Below, piece after piece: positions 29,016 to 37,006 of a DNA stretch of 64,000 nucleotides. This DNA comes from Bdellovibrionota bacterium (lineage in GTDB: Bacteria; Bdellovibrionota; UBA1018; UBA923). The position numbers and the translations under genes were made by a program. The notes below the pieces were generated by a model. It was given only the letters and a program-made list of their open reading frames with translations, searched no databases and had not been told where the DNA came from. Location of the stretch: contig JBFMCE010000002.1 in the NCBI GenBank assembly GCA_040754655.1, forward strand, positions 5,777 through 69,776, in the 5' to 3' direction. Every line of letters starts with the position of its first letter. Position 1 is the first letter of the stretch.

Positions 29016-29044
29016 TTGACGCAAGCGATAAGGTTCATTATAAA
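29016..29044 (+). promoter_or_regulatory. Sigma70-type promoter for tRNA-Glu (TTGACG - 17 nt - TATAAA)
   Basis: Near-consensus -35 and -10 elements with a 17-nt spacer, about 45 nt upstream of the mature tRNA 5' end. Confidence 0.55.
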
Positions 29045-29087
29045 CAGCGATCTCTAGCATTTATTGCCGTTTGTTGACCCAATCGAC

Positions 29088-29163
29088 GTCCCCATCGTCT
29101 AGAGGCCTAGGACATCGCCCTTTCACGGCGGTAACCGGGGTTCGAATCCCCGTGGGGACGCCA
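29088..29163 (+). tRNA. tRNA-Glu (anticodon UUC), CCA encoded
   Basis: GTCCCCATCGTCTAGAGGCCTAGGACATCGCCCTTTCACGGCGGTAACCGGGGTTCGAATCCCCGTGGGGACGCCA is nearly identical to canonical bacterial tRNA-Glu, with 7-bp acceptor stem pairing. Confidence 0.9.
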
Positions 29164-29170
29164 AATAAAA

Positions 29171-29204
29171 AAAGCCCGCCACCTGCGGTGACGGGCTTTT
29201 TTTA
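29171..29204 (+). terminator. Rho-independent terminator after tRNA-Glu
   Basis: Stem AAAGCCCGCCACC / GGTGACGGGCTTT with loop TGC, followed by a T7 run. Confidence 0.7.
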
Positions 29205-29303
29205 TTTGATGTACTCATGTGGAGATGAGAACGCCGCGTAGCCGAAGGGGCGAGCACGCGAAGTGCGAGCCAATCCCCGTAAATGTTAGGTCAATAGCCG
29301 TGT

Positions 29304-29528
29304 ATGGTTGAGCGTAAATCTCAAACACCAGAAGAACTTGAAGCCCAACTCTTCGGAATCGATCTCAGCCTCATCGATCATAATTTAAATTTAACGATCG
29401 ACAAACGTCTTGAACAACACCAAGGCGCTCTAGAATTAGTCTTAGATTTACAAGAAGCAAAAAAACGTTTCGACAAAGAACAAGAAGACAATGAAAGATC
29501 TAAACTCTCTTCTAAAAATTCTAACTGA
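29304..29528 (+). CDS. Small acidic hypothetical protein (74 aa); may be the partner of the downstream nucleotidyltransferase
   Basis: Lies in the AT-rich islet and overlaps the next gene by 38 nt. Charged, helical, and with no family assigned. Confidence 0.3.
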   Translation: MVERKSQTPEELEAQLFGIDLSLIDHNLNLTIDKRLEQHQGALELVLDLQEAKKRFDKEQEDNERSKLSSKNSN

Positions 29529-29970
29529 TTCAGGCATCGATTTTGTACTAGTCGGCGGTTACGCCGCCACAGTGTACGGCTCAGCACTTATCACTCAAGA
29601 TCTCGACATTTGTGCAGTGATCACCAAAGAAAACGTCGATAAGCTTCGTACCTGTTTAAGAAACTATCATCCGACCCATCGAATGATCCCTAATCGAATT
29701 TCTTTTTTAACGCACCCATCAGATGTTACAGGATGGAATAATCTATATTTAGAAACAGACTTGGGAACAGTCGACGTACTTAATCAAATTACTGGTGTTG
29801 GCGACTATGAAAAAGTCGCGAAGAACGCAATTGAACTCAAGATCTTTGGGCAAAAATGCAAAGTAATCTCAATCGATGACCTTATTCTCGCCAAGCAAGC
29901 GATGGGTCGTCCTAAAGATTTACACACCATCAAAGAACTCGAAGTCATTCGGGCTAAAACAAAAAAATGA
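29491..29970 (+). CDS. Minimal nucleotidyltransferase (pol-beta superfamily) protein
   Basis: N-terminal NTase motif GIDFVLVGGYAATVYGSALITQDLDICAV. 159 aa in a low-GC context. Confidence 0.55.
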   Translation: MKDLNSLLKILTDSGIDFVLVGGYAATVYGSALITQDLDICAVITKENVDKLRTCLRNYHPTHRMIPNRISFLTHPSDVTGWNNLYLETDLGTVDVLNQITGVGDYEKVAKNAIELKIFGQKCKVISIDDLILAKQAMGRPKDLHTIKELEVIRAKTKK

Positions 29971-30240
29971 CCGCTATCGTCGTCTTTATTTCTACAAGCC
30001 CGATTGTTAGCATTGGCTAACGATCCAATTTCGCATGCAAATGCTTGTTTTCAGGGGTGCACTACAGTATCGACTGAAAAGGATGTTCTCCGCTTGAATT
30101 CATCTTCAATAATTGGATAAATAATTTTAGAAAATGCGCTAATCCAATAGATAGCGGTTATTGCGAACCCCTTCATTGGATTTGACAGATTCAGATTTAC
30201 ATTAAACTTACTTGTAGCTAGGGTCGTCTTCGGGGGTTTT

Positions 30241-31722
30241 ATGCCAAAACTGCCATTTTCATTAAGAGCGATTACAATACTGACAACATCATTCTTCGCA
30301 GCGCAAGCCGCCGATGCTTCTTCGATTGTCTTTAAATGCACGGTAAAGAACCAAGACGGCGTGATTTTCCTCGAGGACCACAGCTTTGCAGCACCTTCCA
30401 ATAAACTTCATTTTGAAATTGAAGAAAAATCTTACGCCCTCACCCTACACCAGCCAGCACCAAATACTCCTACGACTCCATTTAAGATGGAAATCCAAGC
30501 GGCGACGGTAGAGCACGGAGAAGGCGTAGACGCTCATGCGGCTGACCGTGACGTTTATCGCATCACCCGGGATGCATCGCAGAAGCCGCTGCTTGAAGCC
30601 ACAATCATAAAAGAAGCGCTCACCGAAGACGGAATCTTTGGCAGTTTTTTCTTGAAGAGCGGCTTGTTTAAGAAAAACCGCTCTATACATGCCTCGTGCA
30701 AACCCCTTGGTTTTGGCAAAAAAGCGCAGAATGACAAAGCGCTAGACGTATTGAAAAAAGGCAATGGCGGCAACCTTGCCGAGCTCATCGAGGTTCTAAA
30801 AGAAGCTAGCCCCATTCATGAAATCTTCGATGAAGACGGACGTCCTCTGCTTCATCTTGCGGCTGAAAAAGAAGGCGCGGCGGTGTTTTCTTTTTTAACG
30901 AAGGTGATGACCCAGCAACCCGCTAGACTAGAAGTTCCTAGCCCAATGGGAGGCGATGCACTTTATCTTATTGCGGCCTTGAAGGAACCTTACCAAAAAG
31001 AAATATACAAGGCTGACCTGCTTATGGATGAGGGAGCGAGAGCGAACCGTATTCAGAAAATCAGGCTTCCAAGTGGCAACTTTTACTATCAAAGCGCTCT
31101 TGAACGAGCCAAAGAGATCCACCCTAAACTAGCTGGCAGTATGGAATGGAGAATTGAAAACCGCTCAACTCATCCGAGCCCTCCAGATCGACTCCATAAA
31201 CAAAAAGGAGAGCTCAATTGTGGAAATGAACCCATTGCGGCTGAGACCAATCCTGACCTTACAGGCGTTTGGAGCGGAGAAGGGCGATGTGAGTGTGCGA
31301 GTGATGGCCTACCTAAGCCTGCGCCACGTGGCATGCGATGTGGCATTAGGCTTGAGCTCTTCAGCACAGGCTCGGAATTCAGCATCGTTGAAGCCGGAGT
31401 TTTTGGTAGCGGCCTAGGGGTCTTTCAACCCGGTGTATCGACCATCAAAGCAGGCAATCGTTTGGTACCGGTTGGTTATCAAATCCCCCAATCTTTCGGA
31501 GAAATGTCTAAGCGCTGGATTTATGATTCGTGCTTCAACTCAAATTCGGTGAAATTGAAGTTTGAACGCTTGACTGAAAACCCAGTTCACCCTGACCTTT
31601 TTCAAGTGATGGAATTTCGTCTGAGCGACGACAAACAGTCGCTTCACTTCGAAGTCAGTCATGGAATTTATTCCTCAAGTTGTTGGGTAGCGGGCACGCT
31701 GTCGAAAAAGACTTCAGACTGA
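30241..31722 (+). CDS. Secreted protein with ankyrin-like repeats
   Basis: Signal peptide MPKLPFSLRAITILTTSFFAAQA. Ankyrin-like segments DGRPLLHLAAEKEGAAVFSFL, GGDALYLIAALKE and LLMDEGARAN. Cys-rich C-terminal region. Confidence 0.55.
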   Translation: MPKLPFSLRAITILTTSFFAAQAADASSIVFKCTVKNQDGVIFLEDHSFAAPSNKLHFEIEEKSYALTLHQPAPNTPTTPFKMEIQAATVEHGEGVDAHAADRDVYRITRDASQKPLLEATIIKEALTEDGIFGSFFLKSGLFKKNRSIHASCKPLGFGKKAQNDKALDVLKKGNGGNLAELIEVLKEASPIHEIFDEDGRPLLHLAAEKEGAAVFSFLTKVMTQQPARLEVPSPMGGDALYLIAALKEPYQKEIYKADLLMDEGARANRIQKIRLPSGNFYYQSALERAKEIHPKLAGSMEWRIENRSTHPSPPDRLHKQKGELNCGNEPIAAETNPDLTGVWSGEGRCECASDGLPKPAPRGMRCGIRLELFSTGSEFSIVEAGVFGSGLGVFQPGVSTIKAGNRLVPVGYQIPQSFGEMSKRWIYDSCFNSNSVKLKFERLTENPVHPDLFQVMEFRLSDDKQSLHFEVSHGIYSSSCWVAGTLSKKTSD

Positions 31723-31728
31723 AGATCG

Positions 31729-33123
31729 TTAAGGAGTCCAAATCCAACGAATCTTTTCGCCTGAAAGATCTTGCACTCCAATACCCCAGACTGCCGGAGC
31801 GCTTGGAGCGGGGCCCTTAGCCCCATCATTGGTCGAGCCGAGCACGATCATCTTGCGAAGCCCTATAATATCGCTCCCATTATTTTCAGATGCGTACTCG
31901 AGCACATGAAGTTCCCACTCACGAATGGCGTTGATTTTCTCACGGGTGTAACCCGCGAGTTTGGCGTTGGGGAGAAGTGCAGGAATTTCTTGACCGTAAA
32001 GCGTTCCTCCGCTCGAGAGCGCTCTAGCGATTTCATCAAAAAAGTGCTGATTGTTTTCTGATACACCCATTCCCTGGACTCCATGGACGGCGTCCTTCAA
32101 CTGGGTAATCTCTGGTTTGACTGCGCCGCTTGAGAAAAGGTCGCGCACTTGTTGACCAAACTCTGAAGAATAAGCAAAGGCGGGTTCTGCGGTCATAATT
32201 TCTTTATTGTGCACAGAAGGGTTGATGTCTTCGATGACAGCGCGCAGATGTTTTTTCAAGTAAGGGACCTTTGGCGCCTCGATTCCCGGAAAAACGTTCG
32301 AATAAATGAGGCGTTTGTCTTTCCAAATAGCGAGCGACGGATCCGCATCGAGCACGTTGTTCGCATAAGCTTCGTTAGCGGTTTGAATGACGATGCCAAT
32401 GATTTCGTACGATGGCAACCCGCCTCCTTCGATGCGAAGAACCGTGCGCTTCAAAGAGCGTCCTTCGGCCTCGCCCAATCCCATGAAGTCCTCTATGACT
32501 TTTTCACGCAAGCTTGAGCTCGAAATACAACCCCAACCACGACAAAGGGTTGGTATCTCGGGCTGATCCAAGAACCTGTCTTTTCCGAGCCAGGTGGAAC
32601 TGCCGAGATGCCAAGTGAGGAGGCCAAGCACGCGTGGTGAATACAACACCATCGCATTGAGATTCACGTTGGGTTCTACCCTACGACGATTTGCAGAAGC
32701 ATGGTTGTGCGAGGGAAGACTATCGATCTTCGCATCGTCGCGAAAAAGGATGTTCAGGCCGCCAAGCTCCGTCGCAATGGGTCTGCCGATACTGTGATGA
32801 TTTACAAGATTCAAAATGGCGGTACGGGCCGTTCGAGGAGTTTCAGATTGAAAGTCTGGAAGATACCGCGCATTTAAGAGTTGAGGAAGCTTCGCGATCG
32901 GCACGACCATGTAAAAGTACGGAAGCCCTGACGCAACAGCGAGGTCGCCCAACTCTTCACGTTCTCGAGCTACCTCGAAACCACCGTACGGATCAAAACC
33001 CGCAGTTTGCGCAAGAAGCTTCTCACAAAGTAAACCACTCTTCTTTTGACCAGCGCCGTGAGTTATTACAGAAGTCAAAATCAGCCCTAAAACAACAAGT
33101 AGTTGAGCGACAAATTTGTTCAT
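31729..33123 (-). CDS. Secreted hypothetical protein (464 aa)
   Basis: Signal peptide MNKFVAQLLVVLGLILTSVITHGA. No family recognised. Convergent with the ankyrin gene. Confidence 0.5.
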   Translation of the reverse strand: MNKFVAQLLVVLGLILTSVITHGAGQKKSGLLCEKLLAQTAGFDPYGGFEVAREREELGDLAVASGLPYFYMVVPIAKLPQLLNARYLPDFQSETPRTARTAILNLVNHHSIGRPIATELGGLNILFRDDAKIDSLPSHNHASANRRRVEPNVNLNAMVLYSPRVLGLLTWHLGSSTWLGKDRFLDQPEIPTLCRGWGCISSSSLREKVIEDFMGLGEAEGRSLKRTVLRIEGGGLPSYEIIGIVIQTANEAYANNVLDADPSLAIWKDKRLIYSNVFPGIEAPKVPYLKKHLRAVIEDINPSVHNKEIMTAEPAFAYSSEFGQQVRDLFSSGAVKPEITQLKDAVHGVQGMGVSENNQHFFDEIARALSSGGTLYGQEIPALLPNAKLAGYTREKINAIREWELHVLEYASENNGSDIIGLRKMIVLGSTNDGAKGPAPSAPAVWGIGVQDLSGEKIRWIWTP

Positions 33124-33249
33124 AGAGGCTTAGGCGGCTACCATGAGTTGACAATTACAGTCAACTAAAAAGAACTGTTTGTGGGACTCAGGGTTCACGC
33201 CGACCCAGAAACCCACCACGCCCCAAAAAGCATCGATGCAAGCCTTCCT

Positions 33250-33621
33250 TCAGTATTTTACTACTGGTTTGAAACCACCCCAAAACATCCTCATCCCATC
33301 GAAGGGCATGGCGTCAGGATCCATCTGATCCGCCAGTCGAGGATCTGACATGACTTTCTTCAACACCTTGTCTCGATGGGCTCTCGACTTGTACGTAATC
33401 CATGAAAAGAAAACCACTTCCCCCTTCTTGAGCTTCACGCTCTGAGGAAAGGACGTGACTTTGCCGCTCTTCACGTCGTCGGCAATGCACTCGACATAAT
33501 CAATGGCTCCATGGTCGAGCCAGACTTTTGCTGCGAGTGTCGCCATTTTCTTGTATGCCGCGATATTCTTCCTCGGAATGGGCAATACGAATCCATCTAC
33601 ATAGTTATAAGACTTTGCCAT
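33250..33621 (-). CDS. DUF1428 (YbaA-like) protein
   Basis: N-terminus SYNYVDGFVLPIPRKNIAAYKKMA matches the DUF1428 pattern. 123 aa. Confidence 0.6.
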   Translation of the reverse strand: MAKSYNYVDGFVLPIPRKNIAAYKKMATLAAKVWLDHGAIDYVECIADDVKSGKVTSFPQSVKLKKGEVVFFSWITYKSRAHRDKVLKKVMSDPRLADQMDPDAMPFDGMRMFWGGFKPVVKY

Positions 33622-33643
33622 TTTTGTTCCTCCTCAATTGATT

Positions 33644-34177
33644 TCAATTAGACTTTTCAACTAACGCCTTTAGATTTGAAAGACCCTTTTCAAACATCCC
33701 GCCGACCATTTTGTCCCTATTCATGAAAAGACACATCAGATTTCCCATGAAATTGTTCTTACCCTGTACTCGCCAGGTCACTTCGCTTTGGTTGCCCGAT
33801 GACTTCACCAGATATTCAGAATCCTGGGTCATGTTCATGGGTTTCACGTACTCAAGCTTGATGCCGACCTTCTGATTGGGCACGCTATCCACGATAGTCG
33901 CACTTCCCGTTCCGAGCCTTCCGCCGCTTTCCCAACTCGTGCGAGACCCTACTCCCGCGTCCGGGCCCGAGTAGACCATCTTCGCTTGAGGATCAACCTC
34001 AAGCCACGGCCCCCATTGCTCGGCTAATCTCGAATTGTTCAAATAGGGAAAAATTTTTTCCGCAGGCGCATTGATCGTGATCTTTCTTGAGATCACATAA
34101 TCCGCGGGTTGAAGCGCTGCGTACCCTAGAAGCATTACAACGATCGCCAAAATAACTAGGCTGATTTTCTTAGCCAT
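33644..34177 (-). CDS. SRPBCC (polyketide cyclase/START-like) protein with an N-terminal anchor
   Basis: N-terminal TM/signal segment followed by a START/Bet v1-like segment with a conserved Trp pattern. Confidence 0.5.
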   Translation of the reverse strand: MAKKISLVILAIVVMLLGYAALQPADYVISRKITINAPAEKIFPYLNNSRLAEQWGPWLEVDPQAKMVYSGPDAGVGSRTSWESGGRLGTGSATIVDSVPNQKVGIKLEYVKPMNMTQDSEYLVKSSGNQSEVTWRVQGKNNFMGNLMCLFMNRDKMVGGMFEKGLSNLKALVEKSN

Positions 34178-34186
34178 CTCTTCTCC

Positions 34187-34834
34187 TTATCGAGCTGTTA
34201 ATTTTAGTTTCCTTCTTTTTTTAAGGTTGCTTGGTTCGAACAAAAACTCGAGATACTGGCGTAGATGTGTGACGCTCTCAGCGGCGATATCCGCGTCTTG
34301 TTTCGCTTTGGCAAGAATGAACGCCCCTTGGATCACCGCCTGAATATGGAGTGCGAGGCTCTCTGCAGTCCACTTGGAGTCAGGAGCATAACGTTTTTTT
34401 GCTAACTGAATATCTTTAGCCACTTCAGCCGCGTGCCCAAAAATGCTCTCTTGGCAGGCTTTGCGGATGGAAGGATTGGTGTCAAAGACCTCTTGAACCA
34501 TCGTCCCCACAAGACAAGTGAATTCAGGAAGTTTTCCCCGAAGGATCTCTTTGCGGAAATCGACATATCCAAAAACGCGCTCCAATGGATCGGAGAGGCG
34601 CCGATACGGAGCATTTTCAAAAAACTCATTGGTCACTGATGACCAATGGCGTGCGGCCGAAACCGCTAAGTCTTCTTTGCTCTTGAAGTGATGGAAAAAA
34701 GCGCCCTTAGTCACTCCTGCCGACGCGCAAAGCTCATCGAGCGTAGTCGCTGCATAACCCTTGCTGCGAATGACAGACAACGCGGCGTCGAGGATTTTGT
34801 GTTTCACAGGGGTCTTGGCTGCGCTCTTTTTCAT
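34187..34834 (-). CDS. TetR/AcrR family transcriptional regulator
   Basis: HTH region ILDAALSVIRSKGYAATTLDELCASAGVTKGAFFHHFKSKEDL. The track start is TTG, and the internal ATG (MKKSAAK) is preferred. Confidence 0.75.
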   Translation of the reverse strand: MKKSAAKTPVKHKILDAALSVIRSKGYAATTLDELCASAGVTKGAFFHHFKSKEDLAVSAARHWSSVTNEFFENAPYRRLSDPLERVFGYVDFRKEILRGKLPEFTCLVGTMVQEVFDTNPSIRKACQESIFGHAAEVAKDIQLAKKRYAPDSKWTAESLALHIQAVIQGAFILAKAKQDADIAAESVTHLRQYLEFLFEPSNLKKRRKLKLTAR

Positions 34835-34916
34835 AGGTTTGTGTTCTTGATCTAACCATACCAACCAGTTGGTATGGTGTCAATGACTATCACGCCTTGA
34901 ATTAAAGCCCACCTTC

Positions 34917-35633
34917 TCAAAGGCTCAGATGAATCCCAAAAACTGGGCGAATGCTTTGGGTACCGAATTGAACGGCCTGCGGCAGCTTCCCGGAACTGGT
35001 GCGATCAAAATAAAGAAAACGATATTCTATTCTCAAAGACATCGCCATGCTCTCTGAAAGATCAATCCACATCCCCGGATGAAAAAGCCATGCTCTTAAT
35101 GGGTGAACCCAGAGAAGCCCTTTACTCCCCGCGATCTCGTCTGAACGCGAGTCGCTTCGAATTCCAAAAGCAATATAAGAAAGATCAAGAAACAGCGCCT
35201 TCCATTTCACTCTCCCCGTGGGGCCCAAAAAGTATTGATGATACCGCGTCGAACTGCAGGCCGAGGGCGAAATGCTAGAGCTCACATATCCACATTCACG
35301 ATGCTTTCCGTACTCATAAGACGAAAATATTCCAGCTGCAAAAACCGGGGCAATTTCTCGCGCGACTGCGATGCGCGGCGCTACCGCCCATTGGTCAAAG
35401 AGAGGCCCTTGGCTCTCGCCAGAGGCATCACGAACCTGTTCCTTTTGGTTAAAGAATCCCAACGCTACCTCACCCCTCCATAACGCTGGTGCCGGCTCTG
35501 AAAGTTGAAGTGCCTCCTTCGAATTAACAACGTCGGCAAAACTGAAACCAGCGTGCAAAAACAAGAAGGACAAAAGACAGGGAAGAATGTTTTTCACGGG
35601 ACATATCGTTTTCTCTTCTGAAAGAGTAGTCAA
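34917..35633 (-). CDS. Hypothetical exported protein, possibly OMP-like
   Basis: The TTG track start has no RBS. An internal GTG at ~35597 would give the signal peptide (M)KNILPCLLSFLFLHAGFSFA. Beta-rich C-terminus. Confidence 0.4.
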   Translation of the reverse strand: MTTLSEEKTICPVKNILPCLLSFLFLHAGFSFADVVNSKEALQLSEPAPALWRGEVALGFFNQKEQVRDASGESQGPLFDQWAVAPRIAVAREIAPVFAAGIFSSYEYGKHRECGYVSSSISPSACSSTRYHQYFLGPTGRVKWKALFLDLSYIAFGIRSDSRSDEIAGSKGLLWVHPLRAWLFHPGMWIDLSESMAMSLRIEYRFLYFDRTSSGKLPQAVQFGTQSIRPVFGIHLSL

Positions 35634-35725
35634 GGAGGATACTTATTTCGCTCCGAGTCATACTATAGTGATCTATTTGCGTTCTTGACTAGTTTGCTAC
35701 TTAAGGTCAATGTGCTCTCAAAGTT

Positions 35726-36997
35726 ATGCCCGAACCGATAAAAGCCCGAAACAAGCTGCCCGCCGAGGCTGTGAAGCGGCGGAACGTCGAGCTCGCTCTA
35801 AGCAATGCGGAACAGATTTTTCGATTGCTTGTAGACGCAGTGTCGGACTACGCCATCTTTGCGCTCGATCCCAATGGATACGTGCTCACCTGGAATAGGG
35901 GCGCGGAAAGATTTAAAGGTTACAAGGCTAACGAAATCGTCGGCCAGCATTTCTCGCGCTTTTACATGAGGAGCGACATTGAAAATGGCAAGCCTGACAT
36001 GGAACTCCGGGTCGCTGCCGATGAGGGACGCTACGAAGAAGAAGGGTGGCGCGTTCGAAAGGACGGAAGCCTCTTTTGGGCCAACGTCGTCATCACGGCC
36101 CTGCGCGACCAGAGCGGAGTGCTCCGCGGCTTCGCGAAAGTGACGCGCGACCTTACCGAGCGAAAGCGCGCCGAAGAGAACCTGCAACAACTCAATGAGA
36201 ACCTTGAAAAGAAAGTCCGGGAAAGGACGGAAGATTTGATCAAGGCCGCGGAACGCCTTGAAACAGCCGTGAAGTCTAGAGACGAATTCCTCTCGATCGC
36301 CTCTCATGAGCTCAAGACACCTTTGACCTCGCTTAAACTGCAAGTACAGATGCGAAAGCGCGCCATCGAAAAACAAGGCGCCCAGGCTCCCTTCACTTTG
36401 GAAAGACTCAGACAAATGGTCGAAGACGATGAGAAGCAGATCAATCGGCTCAATCAGCTCGTAGACGACATGCTCGACATCACGCGCATCACAGCCGGCA
36501 AACTCACGCTGCAGACGGAGCTCGTAGACCTGTGCGCGCTCATTCAAGAAGTGACTGATCGCTTTGCCCCTCAGCTTGAAGCTGCGGGTTGCCAGGTTTT
36601 TTTCGATGCCGATTGCAAAGTCGAAGGCCAGTGGGACTTGTACAGAATCGAACAAGTCTTCATCAATTTGCTGACGAATGCCATGAAGTACGGCGCGGGA
36701 AAACCGATTCAAATAAAGGTGAGCGCGGCTGACGGCATCGCGAAACTTGCCGTTCGAGACTATGGCGTGGGGATCGCCGCAGAAGACCACGAGAGAATCT
36801 TCCTGCAATTTGAACGCGCGATATCAGCCAGCGAGGTCAGCGGCCTTGGCCTTGGGCTCTACATCGTCCGTCAAATCGTAGAAGCGCATGGCGGAAGGAT
36901 ACTGCTCGAAAGCAAGCTTGGCGAAGGCTCGCTTTTCAAGGTTGAACTTCCGATCGCAAATGAACCCGCGCGGCGGCAAAGTCATCAGAGCCGCTGA
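35726..36997 (+). CDS. PAS-domain sensor histidine kinase
   Basis: PAS domain (YVLTWNRGAERFKGYKANEIVGQHF), H-box SIASHELKTPLTSL, and HATPase_c N/G boxes (NLLTNAMKYG; GLGLGLYIV). Confidence 0.85.
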   Translation: MPEPIKARNKLPAEAVKRRNVELALSNAEQIFRLLVDAVSDYAIFALDPNGYVLTWNRGAERFKGYKANEIVGQHFSRFYMRSDIENGKPDMELRVAADEGRYEEEGWRVRKDGSLFWANVVITALRDQSGVLRGFAKVTRDLTERKRAEENLQQLNENLEKKVRERTEDLIKAAERLETAVKSRDEFLSIASHELKTPLTSLKLQVQMRKRAIEKQGAQAPFTLERLRQMVEDDEKQINRLNQLVDDMLDITRITAGKLTLQTELVDLCALIQEVTDRFAPQLEAAGCQVFFDADCKVEGQWDLYRIEQVFINLLTNAMKYGAGKPIQIKVSAADGIAKLAVRDYGVGIAAEDHERIFLQFERAISASEVSGLGLGLYIVRQIVEAHGGRILLESKLGEGSLFKVELPIANEPARRQSHQSR

Positions 36998-37006
36998 AAA
37001 AGCCGC

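Noticed and set aside
29088-33200. Searched for an integrase or phage/ICE and for a direct repeat of the tRNA-Glu 3' end delimiting a genomic island
   Set aside because: No integrase or recombinase ORF is present, and no repeat of the tRNA 3' segment was found by eye. The island call is therefore limited to the ~1 kb low-GC islet and kept tentative.
35798-36808. 336-aa minus-strand ORF
   Set aside because: Antisense to the PAS histidine kinase, which has clear H-box and HATPase motifs. A shadow ORF.
35701-36997. 1-nt discrepancy between my by-eye numbering of the printed sequence and the ORF-track coordinates around 35.7-36.9 kb
   Set aside because: This looks like a formatting or numbering artefact, not biology. 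Track coordinates were used, and hand-located features carry +/-1 nt uncertainty.
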